From an uncultured Gammaproteobacteria bacterium (GTDB taxonomy: Bacteria > Pseudomonadota > Gammaproteobacteria > DATFLG01), in contig CAZNBB010000005.1 of NCBI GenBank assembly GCA_964571225.1, forward strand, positions 1 to 63,484: DNA of 63,484 nucleotides, given 5' to 3'. Positions 14,584 through 25,040 of the stretch are shown here, one piece after another. The notes below the pieces were generated by a model that saw nothing but the letters and a program-made list of their open reading frames with translations, was not told the origin of the DNA and did not search any database. The position numbers were made by a program, and so were the translations under genes. Position 1 is the first letter of the stretch. The number at the start of each line of letters is the position of its first letter.

Positions 14584-16410
14584 CTAACGGGCCGCTTGGC
14601 GCCGCTGCCTGATGTCCTTTTGCACCGTCGACAGGCGGCGAGCCCAGGGACCGCCCTTGCGTACCTTCGGAGGCAGGCCGGCGAGGGCCTTGTGGGCCGC
14701 CTCGATGTCGGGATAGACGCCGTACAGCAGCACGTACCAGGGGGCGCCCTTGAAGTCGCCGGCGTAGTACATGGCCTGCTTGCCGAGATGGTGGACCCGG
14801 ATGAACCGGCGCACTGACGCCTCGTCCCGGGCCCCGAGCAACTGCAGGGTATATGCCCTGGGATTCTGCCGCAGCAGCCAATCCGCCCGGCTCGGCCCGC
14901 CGGTCTGCGGTGGCGCCTGCTTGGCGGCCGCCGGCTGGGACGACTTCGGTGTCGGCTCCGGCTTTGCTGTCGTTTCCGGCGTTTGCGTTTGCGCCGGTGT
15001 CGTCGTCGGTGCGGCCTTTGGTGGCACCGCCTTTGCGGATGGTGCCGACGGCGTCGGTTGGGCCGTGGAGGCGGCGGGCGTATTGCCGGCGGTTGCCGTC
15101 ACTGGCGGGGGCGCCGCAGGTGAGGCCGTGGACGGGGAAGGTGCCGCGGTCGGCGGTGCCACGGAGGGGAGGCCCGAGGGGCCGGCCCCGCCGGCTTCGC
15201 TCGGTGTGGTAGAGGGGGCCGGTTGCGACGGCGCCGCCGGTGCTGCCGCACTCACGTGGTTGCCGGCCGCCGCCGACTCTGCGTTGGTCTTGGGGGATTC
15301 GGCGGCGGGCGGGCTGCTCTTCGCGCCGCTCGCCGGCGTCCCGTTGCGGTCGATCGGTGTGCCGGATCCGGGGCCGACGTCCGGCGGCATGGGGGCCAGC
15401 AGCGGCGAATGGCTGTTGCGCCGGGCTTCCTGGGGCTGGGCTGGCTGGGACGGCAGGGTGAGGGGAACCGTCTTCTGGGCGTTGTCGGAGCCGGGGTTGA
15501 ACAGCCGATTGATGGCGTTCTGCTTCCAGAGCACCGCGCCCAGCACGATCACTCCCAGGCCGATCATGGCCCAGCGGGGCAAGCGGCGGCCTCTGGCGGC
15601 GCTAGTGGAATTGTCGGCACCCGTCATGTATTCCTCCAAGTGTTCGTGGGCCAGTTGATTGATGCGGCCGGGCAACCCGCCCGAGGCCTTGTGGATGGCG
15701 CGGGCCTCGGTGGGCGCAAACGGGCTCTCGCCCGAGTAACCGGCGACCGCCAGCCGGTAGGCCAGATAGGCGCCGGTCTGCTCCGCGTTCAGCGCCGGCA
15801 GTGCCATGGTGTGGACCAGATGGTCCCGCTGCGGATCGAGGCCGGCGCGGGCCAGTTGCGCCAGCAGAGACTCTTCTCCCAGCAGGATCAGCCGCACCCG
15901 GGCCGCCGTCTGGGCAGGATCGCCGGCCAGATTGAGCAGTGCCTCCAGGGTGCCACTGTTGAGCTTATGGGCGTCGTCGATGATGACCATCGGATGGCGG
16001 CCCGCTGACTGCAATGCGCGCCAGCGCTCGATGAGCGCCGGCACGTCCACCGCCGTGCTGTCAGCCTTGCCGGCACCGCCGAAGCACGAAGCCAGTCGAG
16101 CCAGCAGGGCGTTGCCGTGGGGAACTTCGGTGCTGTCCATGGCGCATGGTCGCCAGCCCTCGCCGGCGCGGCTCATGAACTGTTGCAGCACGCTGGTCTT
16201 GCCGGCACCGGCCGGACCGGTGATCACCAGGATGCGATCGCTGAACTGGGCCAGGTGAACGAGCAGATCCAGGCGCTGCATCAGCGTCGGTTCTGCGTAA
16301 AAGAAGGCGGGATCGGGATCGAGGCCGAAGGGCGGGCGTTGCAGGTCCAGGACGTCCAGGTAGCTGCCCCGCGCGGTGCGGCCGGCAGTGCCGCGGCCTG
16401 CATAGATCAT
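14584..16410 (-). CDS. ExeA/GspA-like AAA+ ATPase with a Pro/Ala/Thr-rich linker and a C-terminal SPOR peptidoglycan-binding domain (DamX-like position)
   Basis: Walker A VITGPAGAGKTS and Walker B MVIIDDAH, one TM segment (WAMIGLGVIVLGAVLW), a low-complexity PAxP linker, and a SPOR-like C-terminus AYTLQLLGARDEASVRRFI...WYVLLYGVYPDIEAAHKALAGLP. Confidence 0.8.
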   Translation of the reverse strand: MIYAGRGTAGRTARGSYLDVLDLQRPPFGLDPDPAFFYAEPTLMQRLDLLVHLAQFSDRILVITGPAGAGKTSVLQQFMSRAGEGWRPCAMDSTEVPHGNALLARLASCFGGAGKADSTAVDVPALIERWRALQSAGRHPMVIIDDAHKLNSGTLEALLNLAGDPAQTAARVRLILLGEESLLAQLARAGLDPQRDHLVHTMALPALNAEQTGAYLAYRLAVAGYSGESPFAPTEARAIHKASGGLPGRINQLAHEHLEEYMTGADNSTSAARGRRLPRWAMIGLGVIVLGAVLWKQNAINRLFNPGSDNAQKTVPLTLPSQPAQPQEARRNSHSPLLAPMPPDVGPGSGTPIDRNGTPASGAKSSPPAAESPKTNAESAAAGNHVSAAAPAAPSQPAPSTTPSEAGGAGPSGLPSVAPPTAAPSPSTASPAAPPPVTATAGNTPAASTAQPTPSAPSAKAVPPKAAPTTTPAQTQTPETTAKPEPTPKSSQPAAAKQAPPQTGGPSRADWLLRQNPRAYTLQLLGARDEASVRRFIRVHHLGKQAMYYAGDFKGAPWYVLLYGVYPDIEAAHKALAGLPPKVRKGGPWARRLSTVQKDIRQRRQAAR

Positions 16411-16661
16411 CCGGTGTTCTCCTGTCCCTGCAGAAACACCACCCGGTAGCCGCGTTTGAGCTGTTCGTCGCGGGATTGCAGCAGCGCCTGCTCAGCGCTT
16501 TCGCGATCGGCAAAGTGATCGCGCTTGATGCGCCCGCTCGCGCCTTGAAAGCCCCACTCGCGCACCAGGGTCCAACCCTCCAGCAGGTCTTCCTGCAGAT
16601 GCAGATGATAGTAGCGGGGCGGACGGTCGTCGATGACCGGTGTCTGCATGTAGATTCGCAT
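16407..16661 (-). CDS. Small WGR-domain protein
   Basis: MRIYMQTPVIDDRPPRYYHLHLQEDLLEGWTLVREWGFQGASGRIKRDHF...KRGYR matches the WGR pattern (RYY.L.L..DL...W.L.REWG..G..G). Its stop overlaps the AAA/SPOR ATG (ATGA, 16407-16410). The longer listed ORF runs into the MITE. Confidence 0.7.
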   Translation of the reverse strand: MRIYMQTPVIDDRPPRYYHLHLQEDLLEGWTLVREWGFQGASGRIKRDHFADRESAEQALLQSRDEQLKRGYRVVFLQGQENTG

Positions 16662-16680
16662 GGCGGGCGAGGCAGGAAGC

Positions 16681-16949
16681 TTAGTGGTCCATGCGGCAAA
16701 TACTGTGCCTCTCAGCCGGTCCACAAGCCCTCATCGGCAAGGCGCACGAGCGCCGGACTGGCCGTTGCCCATTCAAGCGAGTGCAACGCCGCCGAGGAGG
16801 CTTGTGGGCCGGCCCGAAGGGAGCCCCGCTCATGGGCCAATACCGCATTGCGCTGTTTGGAAAGGGTCTGCCATTCCCTGCGCAGCGCGCCTTGCCTTGG
16901 CCCATGAGCGGGGCTCTGAGAGACACAGTATTTGCCGCATGGACCACTA
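16681..16949. mobile_element. MITE-like non-autonomous element, 265 bp, with 32-bp TIRs and a TA target duplication
   Basis: GTGGTCCATGCGGCAAATACTGTGCCTCTCAG (16683-16714) is the reverse complement of 16916-16947 with 1 mismatch. It is flanked by TA at 16681-82 and 16948-49. A nested 18-bp inverted repeat lies at 16820-16837 / 16899-16916. No transposase ORF is present. Confidence 0.75.
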
Positions 16950-18122
16950 GGTGAGTTCCTTGGGATTGAAGATGCGCTCGTATTCCCTGATGGCGTACCG
17001 ATCGGTCATGCCGGCTACATAGTCTGCCACCGCTCGCGCCCGTCCCGCCACACCGTGGTCTTCCTCCAGGCGCAGGACGTCGTCGCGGGCGTCGTCGGGC
17101 AGCAGGCCGGTGTCTTCCAGGAACGCCTCGAACAAGGCGCGGATCACCCGGGATGCCTTCGACGTCATGCGGTGCACCCGGTAGTGGTGGTAAAGGCGCT
17201 GGCGCAGAAAGCGCTTCAATTCCAGGTTCTGCTCGCGCATATCGCCACTGAACGCGATCAGCGCTTCGGGCTGGGCCCGCACCGCTTCGATATCGGCGGG
17301 GCTCGCGTCCCGCAGCCGGGCGTGACTGGTCTCGATCAGATCCACCGCCTGACGATTGATCATGCGCCGCACCACTTCGTGAATGGCGCGCCTCTCCGGC
17401 AGGTCGGGGTAGGCATGGCGTACCGCCTCGTACTGTTCGCCGAACAGGCGCAGGTCCGACAATTGCCCGATGGTGATCAACCCGGCCCGCAGGCCGTCGT
17501 CCACGTCATGGCTGTTGTAGGCGATCTCGTCGGCCAGGTTGGTGAGCTGGGCTTCCAGACTGGGTTGGCGCCGTTCCAGGAAGCGCCGCCCTAGGTCCCC
17601 CAGCGCCGCCGCATTGGCGGGCGAGCAGTGCTTGAGTATGCCTTCGCGGCTTTCGAAGGTCAGGTTCAGTCCCCGGAACTGGGCATAGCGTTCTTCCAAC
17701 TCGTCCACCACCCGCAGGGACTGCAGATTGTGCTCGAAGCCGCCGTAGTCCTTCATGCAGCCGTTGAGCGCGTCCTGACCGGCATGTCCGAAGGGGGTGT
17801 GCCCCAGGTCATGGGCCAGGGCCACCGCCTCGGTCAGGTCTTCGTTCAGGCGCAGGGCGCGGGCGATGGAACGGGCGATCTGAGCCACTTCGATGGAATG
17901 GGTGAGACGGGTGCGAAACAGATCGCCCTCGTGGTTCACGAACACCTGGGTCTTGTATTCCAGGCGCCGGAAGGCGGCCGAGTGGATGATGCGGTCCCGG
18001 TCCCGCTGGAATTCGCCGCGGTAGGCAGGGCCGGGTTCGTCGTGGCGTCGGCCCAGGGAACAGCCGTCACTGGCCGCGTAGCAGGCAAGCGATGATGGGG
18101 GCGTCGGGATAGGGCCGTTCAT
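16947..18122 (-). CDS. Deoxyguanosinetriphosphate triphosphohydrolase-like protein (HD domain)
   Basis: ...[24 protein letters not shown]...[16 protein letters not shown]...[12 protein letters not shown] is the dGTPase family signature. ATG 18122 lies 7 nt after the aroB stop. Confidence 0.88.
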   Translation of the reverse strand: MNGPIPTPPSSLACYAASDGCSLGRRHDEPGPAYRGEFQRDRDRIIHSAAFRRLEYKTQVFVNHEGDLFRTRLTHSIEVAQIARSIARALRLNEDLTEAVALAHDLGHTPFGHAGQDALNGCMKDYGGFEHNLQSLRVVDELEERYAQFRGLNLTFESREGILKHCSPANAAALGDLGRRFLERRQPSLEAQLTNLADEIAYNSHDVDDGLRAGLITIGQLSDLRLFGEQYEAVRHAYPDLPERRAIHEVVRRMINRQAVDLIETSHARLRDASPADIEAVRAQPEALIAFSGDMREQNLELKRFLRQRLYHHYRVHRMTSKASRVIRALFEAFLEDTGLLPDDARDDVLRLEEDHGVAGRARAVADYVAGMTDRYAIREYERIFNPKELT

Positions 18123-18129
18123 GGCGGCG

Positions 18130-19218
18130 TCAGGCGGTCCGCTGTCGATGCGCCTGCAGGGTGGCGTCCAGGCTGGCATCATCAAACTCGCCGGTGACCA
18201 CCGCCTCGCCGATCGCCTTCAGCAGCACCAGGCGCAGACCGCCGTCCAGGACCTTCTTGTCCACCGCCATCAGGTCGCGCATGCGCCCCGGGTCCAGATC
18301 CGCCGGCGGGTCGATGGGCAGACCCGCCTGTGCCACCAGGGCGCGTATGCGAACCCCGTCTTCCGCCGCCAGCCAGCCCTGTCGGATCGACAGGTCGGCG
18401 GCCATGCACATGCCCGCCGCCACCGCCTCACCGTGCAGCCAGCTGCCATAGCCCATGCCTGTCTCTATGGCATGCCCGAACGTGTGGCCCAGGTTCAGCA
18501 GGGCTCGCTGGCCGCTTTCGCGCTCGTCGGCGGCGACCACTTCGGCCTTGTTGCGGCACGAGCGTTCGATGGAATAGGCCAGCGCCTGCGGGTCGCGGGC
18601 CAGCAGGTCGGCCATGTGGGCCTCCAGCCAGTGGAAAAAGTCCCTGTCGCGTATCAGACCGTACTTGATGATCTCCGCGACGCCCGCCGCCAGTTGGCGG
18701 TCGTCCAGGGTGTTGAGGGTGTCAGTGTCCGCCAGCACGCACTGCGGCTGGTGGAATGCACCGATCATGTTCTTGCCCAGCGGATGGTTGACGCCGGTCT
18801 TGCCGCCCACCGACGAGTCCACCTGGGCCAGCAGCGTGGTGGGAATCTGAATGAAGTGGACGCCGCGCTGATAGCAGGCGGCGGCAAACCCGGTGATGTC
18901 GCCCACCACGCCGCCGCCCAGCGCCACCAGCGTACAGCGTCGGTTGAAACGGTGCTCCAGCAGCGCGGTGAAGATGCGGTCCACGGTGGCGAGCGTCTTG
19001 TATTGCTCCCCGTCGGGAAGCACCACCACTTCCAGGTCGAAGTCGGCGAGAGCAGCGCGTACCGCGTCCAGGTACAGGGGTGCGACCGTCTCGTTGGTGA
19101 CCACCATGACCTGGCGCCCGTGCACATGGGGCACCAGCAGCTGTCCGGCACCCAGCAGGCCTGCCCCGATATGGATCGGGTAGCTGCGGGTGCCGAGATC
19201 TACGTGCAGGGTATTCAT
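18130..19218 (-). CDS. aroB: 3-dehydroquinate synthase
   Basis: [22 protein letters not shown]...[20 protein letters not shown]...; start at ATG 19218. Confidence 0.93.
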   Translation of the reverse strand: MNTLHVDLGTRSYPIHIGAGLLGAGQLLVPHVHGRQVMVVTNETVAPLYLDAVRAALADFDLEVVVLPDGEQYKTLATVDRIFTALLEHRFNRRCTLVALGGGVVGDITGFAAACYQRGVHFIQIPTTLLAQVDSSVGGKTGVNHPLGKNMIGAFHQPQCVLADTDTLNTLDDRQLAAGVAEIIKYGLIRDRDFFHWLEAHMADLLARDPQALAYSIERSCRNKAEVVAADERESGQRALLNLGHTFGHAIETGMGYGSWLHGEAVAAGMCMAADLSIRQGWLAAEDGVRIRALVAQAGLPIDPPADLDPGRMRDLMAVDKKVLDGGLRLVLLKAIGEAVVTGEFDDASLDATLQAHRQRTA

Positions 19219-19270
19219 GGGATCGGTCCGATCCGCCTCGGAAACTGAAAAGGATAAAGGAATCAGAGCG

Positions 19271-19822
19271 TCAGGCAAAGCTGGCGGGCGAGCCGCCGCT
19301 GCCGGGGCGGTGATTGAGGCGGGCCAGGATCTCTTTGACGACCTCACGGACGGTACGCCCATCGGTTTCCAATGTCATGTCCGCGATTTGCCGGTAAAGC
19401 GGTTCCCGTTGAGCCATCAGCTGTTGCAGGCGGCCCTGGGGGTTCTCGGTCTGCAGCAGCGGGCGGCCTCGATCGCGGCTGGTGCGCCGCAGCTGCTGGT
19501 CCACCGAGGTGTGCAGGTAGACGACTCTGCCCCGGCTGGCCAGCAGGTGGCGATTGTCCGCATCCAGGATGGCGCCGCCGCCGGTGGCCAGCACGATATC
19601 GGGCAGGGCGGTGAGCGCATTGATGACTTCGCGCTCGCGCCGGCGGAAGCCCGGCTCGCCTTCCAGCTCGAAGATCAACGGGATATCGACGCCGGTGCGC
19701 TGCTCGATCTCACGGTCGCTGTCGTGGAAAGGCATGTGCAGCGCGCGTGCCAGTTGGCGGCCGATGGTGGATTTGCCGGCCCCCATGGGGCCGACCAGAA
19801 ACAAACTGCCCGGCGTTTTCAT
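19271..19822 (-). CDS. aroK: Shikimate kinase
   Basis: [20 protein letters not shown]-loop; 183 aa; upstream of aroB. Confidence 0.93.
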   Translation of the reverse strand: MKTPGSLFLVGPMGAGKSTIGRQLARALHMPFHDSDREIEQRTGVDIPLIFELEGEPGFRRREREVINALTALPDIVLATGGGAILDADNRHLLASRGRVVYLHTSVDQQLRRTSRDRGRPLLQTENPQGRLQQLMAQREPLYRQIADMTLETDGRTVREVVKEILARLNHRPGSGGSPASFA

Positions 19823-19877
19823 GCCGGGCAGGTATGCCAGAAAAGCCGCGGCCGGGCAAGCCGCGGCTGTTGGCGGG

Positions 19878-22040
19878 TTACTGCAGTGTCAGGCTCTGCT
19901 TGACGATCTTGGGCGTCACGAACACCAGCAGTTCCTGGTTGTTGTCCACCTTCTGGGTGCTCTTGAACAGATAGCCGATACCCGGCAGGTCGCCGAAGAA
20001 CGGCACCTTGTCGGCCTGGTGGGTGCGGGTCTGCTCGTAGATGCCGCCCAGTACCACGGTCTCCCCGTTGTCCACCAACACCTGGGTATCCACGGCCCGG
20101 GTGTCGATGCTGGGTACGCCCTGGAAGACCTGTCCCACGCTGTCCTTGTGCACCTTCAGGTCCATGATGATGCGGTCGTCGGGCGTGATCTGCGGCGTCA
20201 CCTTCAGGCTGAGTGTCGCTTTCTTGAAGGACACGCTGGTGGCGCCGCTGGAGGTGGCCTGCTGATAGGGAATCTCCACACCCGATTCGATCACCGCTTC
20301 CTTCTGGTTGGAGGTGATGACCCGCGGACTGGAGATGATCTGGCCGCGGTTCTCGGCCTGCATGGCGTTCAACTCCAGGCGCAGCAGCCGTTCGCCGATG
20401 CGTCCCACCAGCAGGTCGACCGCGCTGGTCGGGTTGGCCACCGGCAGGTCGACCATCAATGCCTCGTTGCCGGAGCCCGCCGGGTTCTCGATGCCGACCA
20501 CCTGGTTGCCGACCTTCAGGTCGCCCGGCAGCCCGCCCGACAGGATGCCGTAGGTGTTGCCGGACAGCGTGCCCTTGGCGGAAAGCCCCAGCTTCACGCC
20601 CAGGTCCCGGGCGAAGTTGTTGTTGGCGATCACGATACGCGAGGAGATCAGCACCTGGCGCACCGGAATGTCCAGGCGCGCGACCAGCTTGCGGATTTCC
20701 TCGATCTTGTCGGCGGTATCCTGCACCAGCAGGGTGTTGGTGCGCGGATCGACGCTGACCGTGCCCCTGCTGGACAGCAGCGAGCCGTTCTTGCCCTTGC
20801 TCTTGATCAGTGCGGCGATGTCCGCGGCTTTGGCGTAGTTGATCTGGATGAAGGAAGATTCCAGCGGCGCCAGTTCCTGGATCTGCTTCTTGGACTGCAG
20901 TTCCAGCTTCTCGCGGGCCGCCATTTCCTCGCTGGGCGCCACCCACATCACGTCGCCCACCTGGCGCTTGGACAGACCCTTGGCCTGCAGAATGATGTGC
21001 AGCGCCTGGTCCCAGGGCACGTTCTTCAGGCGCAGGGTGAGTTTGCCCTTGACGCTGTCGCTGACCACGATGTTGATGCCGGTGAAGTCCGCCAGCAGCT
21101 GCAGCACGGAGCGTACGTCGATGTCCTGGAAGTTCAGGGACAGCTTCTGGCCGGTGTACTTGAACTTCTTCTTGGCGGCCGCCTGCTGCTGTGCCTTGGT
21201 GACCGGTTTGACTTCCACCGTGAAGGTGTTGTCGGTCTGGTAGGCCAGCTGGTCGAAATCACCGGTGGGGGTGATTACCATACGGACGTTGTTGCCCTTC
21301 TGGTATGTGTCGATGGTCTGCACCGGCGTGGCGAAGTCGGACACGTCCAGACGCCGCTCCAGCTTCTTCGGCAGCGAGGCATTGAAGAAGTTGACGACGA
21401 TCTTGTTGCCCTGGCGGTTCATGTCCACCGGCGTCGACGGATCGGACAGTTTGACCACTACCTGGCCCTGGCCTTCCTCGCCGCGATGGAAGGTCACGCC
21501 GTCAATGCTGTCGTTGGAGCCGGCCGCCGTCCCGGAAGGCGAAGTGCCCTGACTGGCGGACTCGGATTCGGCCATTGCCGCACCGGCATCCTGGATCGTC
21601 ACGATGACCTTGTTGCCATCTACGCGGGTGCGGTACGGCACCATCTCGACCAGGTCCAGCACCACGCGGGTGCGGCCCTGGGCTTCCACCGCCGTCACGC
21701 TCTTGGTCACGCCCACGTTGATGGGCTGATAGCGCTTGGCCAGGTGCGTCTTGGTGGCCGGAAAGTCCAGCGCGATGCGGGCCGGCTTGTCGATGGTGAA
21801 GCTCAGTGGCTTGGTGGCCTTCTTCGCCATGGTCAGCGTCAGCTGCACGCGATTGCCCGGCAGACTGGCATAGCTCATGGATTCGAGCGTGTTGGGGCTC
21901 GAACCCGCGGCCCATGCCGACGCCGGCAATGCCGCGAGCGCTATCAGCGCGCCGGCCAGCCAGCCCAGCCCTCTTTCCCTTCGGCGCAGGCGCAGCCCCG
22001 ACCAGCCGAAAACTTTATCCAGGTAGCACGTGACAATCAT
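19878..22040 (-). CDS. pilQ: Type IV pilus secretin PilQ
   Basis: 720 aa with a signal peptide, AMIN-like N-terminus and C-terminal secretin domain (...[15 protein letters not shown]...[10 protein letters not shown]). Confidence 0.93.
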   Translation of the reverse strand: MIVTCYLDKVFGWSGLRLRRRERGLGWLAGALIALAALPASAWAAGSSPNTLESMSYASLPGNRVQLTLTMAKKATKPLSFTIDKPARIALDFPATKTHLAKRYQPINVGVTKSVTAVEAQGRTRVVLDLVEMVPYRTRVDGNKVIVTIQDAGAAMAESESASQGTSPSGTAAGSNDSIDGVTFHRGEEGQGQVVVKLSDPSTPVDMNRQGNKIVVNFFNASLPKKLERRLDVSDFATPVQTIDTYQKGNNVRMVITPTGDFDQLAYQTDNTFTVEVKPVTKAQQQAAAKKKFKYTGQKLSLNFQDIDVRSVLQLLADFTGINIVVSDSVKGKLTLRLKNVPWDQALHIILQAKGLSKRQVGDVMWVAPSEEMAAREKLELQSKKQIQELAPLESSFIQINYAKAADIAALIKSKGKNGSLLSSRGTVSVDPRTNTLLVQDTADKIEEIRKLVARLDIPVRQVLISSRIVIANNNFARDLGVKLGLSAKGTLSGNTYGILSGGLPGDLKVGNQVVGIENPAGSGNEALMVDLPVANPTSAVDLLVGRIGERLLRLELNAMQAENRGQIISSPRVITSNQKEAVIESGVEIPYQQATSSGATSVSFKKATLSLKVTPQITPDDRIIMDLKVHKDSVGQVFQGVPSIDTRAVDTQVLVDNGETVVLGGIYEQTRTHQADKVPFFGDLPGIGYLFKSTQKVDNNQELLVFVTPKIVKQSLTLQ

Positions 22041-22058
22041 CTGTGTTCCCCCATGGGA

Positions 22059-22601
22059 TCATTCGCTCAATGCGAGGGCGGCGTCGCGCTTCATCCAGCC
22101 ACCCATTCCATCCGGTACGATTTCTACAAGTTTTACTTTCGCTTCAGTGATCTGGACGACCTTGCCGCGATTCTGGCCCATATAATCCCCAGGGCGCACC
22201 ATATGAATGGTGCCGGTGCTGTCCTGTACGAGCGCCCAGTCCTTGCCGTTGCGGGCCAGGGTGCCCACCATACGCAGACTATCCAACGGGAACTGCTCCA
22301 GCGGCTGCAGCGGCCGATTGAAATCCGGATGGATGCCATTGTCGCTATGCCCGCCCAGGTCTGCCGGTCGGTTGAACGTGGGCGGCGTGAACGGCGATCG
22401 CAGGTTCTTGTCCTGGTAGACGAAGGTCTGGAAAGGCTGGAATTCCGGCAGCGGGTCGATCCGCGAGTGCTGGCGGGACTCGACCTGCTTCACGTAACTG
22501 TGCAGGTCCTGCATGTTGCTGCTGGCGCATGCGGTCAGGCCGCTGCCCAAAGCCAGCACCAGCAGTCCTCTCAGTGCGGCGCGAGCGGGGATCGGCTTCA
22601 T
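22059..22601 (-). CDS. pilP: Type IV pilus assembly lipoprotein PilP
   Basis: Lipobox LTAC; 180 aa; position between pilO and pilQ. Confidence 0.85.
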   Translation of the reverse strand: MKPIPARAALRGLLVLALGSGLTACASSNMQDLHSYVKQVESRQHSRIDPLPEFQPFQTFVYQDKNLRSPFTPPTFNRPADLGGHSDNGIHPDFNRPLQPLEQFPLDSLRMVGTLARNGKDWALVQDSTGTIHMVRPGDYMGQNRGKVVQITEAKVKLVEIVPDGMGGWMKRDAALALSE

Positions 22602-23200
22602 TTCTGGTTCCCTCCCTGCTCGATATAGCGATAGGTCTTCGCGGTCAGCTGCATTACCAGTGGTCCCTGGCCGCTCTTGTCCTTCGCAGGGGTGATCCTG
22701 ATGTCATGAATGGTCACGATGCGGGGCAGTGCCGCCACACCGCTTACGAAGGCGCCGAACTCGTGGTAATCGCCCCGCACCCGAATGCTGATGGGCAGCT
22801 CCGCGTAGAAGTCCTTGGGAACTTCCGCCTGGGGCTTGAACAGCTCGAAATGCAGACCGCTCGCCAGGCCGGTCTGGGAGATGTCCACCAGCAGGTCGGC
22901 GACCTCGGTCTTGTTGGGGAGCTGGCGCAGCATGGCGCCGAAGGAGTGGCGCATGTCCTTGAGCTGGGCCTGATAAGCCTTCAGGTTGGCGGCCTTTGCC
23001 GCCTTGCTTTCGAAGACATGCTTGAGCTCGGTTTCGTGGGTCTGGGCCCGGCGCAGCTCGTCGAGTTGATTCTGGGTGTCGAACCAGTAGCCCAATCCGA
23101 GGACGGCAACGAACACGATGCCTATCAGCACGGCACGCGCGACGGTCGGCCAACTCCCGATGTTGTTGAAATCCAGATCATTGATATCTGACAGGTTCAT
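22598..23200 (-). CDS. pilO: Type IV pilus assembly protein PilO
   Basis: 200 aa, single TM plus coiled coil; 4-nt overlaps with pilN and pilP. Confidence 0.85.
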   Translation of the reverse strand: MNLSDINDLDFNNIGSWPTVARAVLIGIVFVAVLGLGYWFDTQNQLDELRRAQTHETELKHVFESKAAKAANLKAYQAQLKDMRHSFGAMLRQLPNKTEVADLLVDISQTGLASGLHFELFKPQAEVPKDFYAELPISIRVRGDYHEFGAFVSGVAALPRIVTIHDIRITPAKDKSGQGPLVMQLTAKTYRYIEQGGNQK

Positions 23201-23784
23201 CGGCGCGCTCCCGTCACAACGGCTGTCTTGTCGCCATTTTCCTTGGGCGCCTGCTGCTTCGCTTCGAGCGTGAACTTGGACAGGTGCCGCCGGCTCGCAT
23301 CCTTGGTCTCAATGAAATCCAGCTTCGGGTCGGTCAGCCACTTGGAGCCGGCGATGTTGCGCATGTAGGCCGACACCCGGGCGTTGGACTGAGCCATTCC
23401 CGACAGGGTCAGGCCGTCGCCATGCTGAGTGATACTGGTCAGGTACACCCCGTCGGGGAGCGTGCGCACCAGTTGATCCATCAGATGGACGCTTTGCGGT
23501 CGGCTGCGCTGCAGGCGTTGGATAATATTCATGCGGGCCAGCAGCTTCTTCTTGGTCTCTTCCAGGTCCTTGATGGACCGGATTTTCTTGTTGAGCTGGG
23601 CGATCTGGGCGTTTAGATAGCTATTGCGGCTCTGCTGGGCCTCGACCATCGCGCTCATGCGCATGTGGACGAACATCAGAAGCAGAACGGCGATAGCTAC
23701 CGCCCCACCCGTCTGGAAGACGAACTCCTTCTGACGCTGCTTGCGCAGTTCCTCGCGCCACGGTAGCAGGTTGATATGGGCCAT
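23197..23784 (-). CDS. pilN: Type IV pilus assembly protein PilN
   Basis: MAHINLLPWREELRKQRQKEF... is the conserved PilN N-terminus. Confidence 0.88.
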   Translation of the reverse strand: MAHINLLPWREELRKQRQKEFVFQTGGAVAIAVLLLMFVHMRMSAMVEAQQSRNSYLNAQIAQLNKKIRSIKDLEETKKKLLARMNIIQRLQRSRPQSVHLMDQLVRTLPDGVYLTSITQHGDGLTLSGMAQSNARVSAYMRNIAGSKWLTDPKLDFIETKDASRRHLSKFTLEAKQQAPKENGDKTAVVTGARR

Positions 23785-23785
23785 A

Positions 23786-24985
<1,200 letters not shown>

Positions 24986-25040
24986 TTATACTTTTCTTTA
25001 AGCCCCATTCCATGACCGTATTCACAAACCAGCTGCATTC

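Noticed and set aside
16660-16954. Mirror-image ORFs (87-96 aa) on both strands, ending in or beginning with ...ICRMDH / MVHAANTV
   Set aside because: They are generated by the terminal inverted repeats of the MITE. The symmetry of the two translations is an artefact of the DNA palindrome, not evidence of coding.
19554-22628. 1024-aa ORF on the plus strand
   Set aside because: It is antisense to aroK, pilQ and pilP. The sense-strand genes have clear family signatures.
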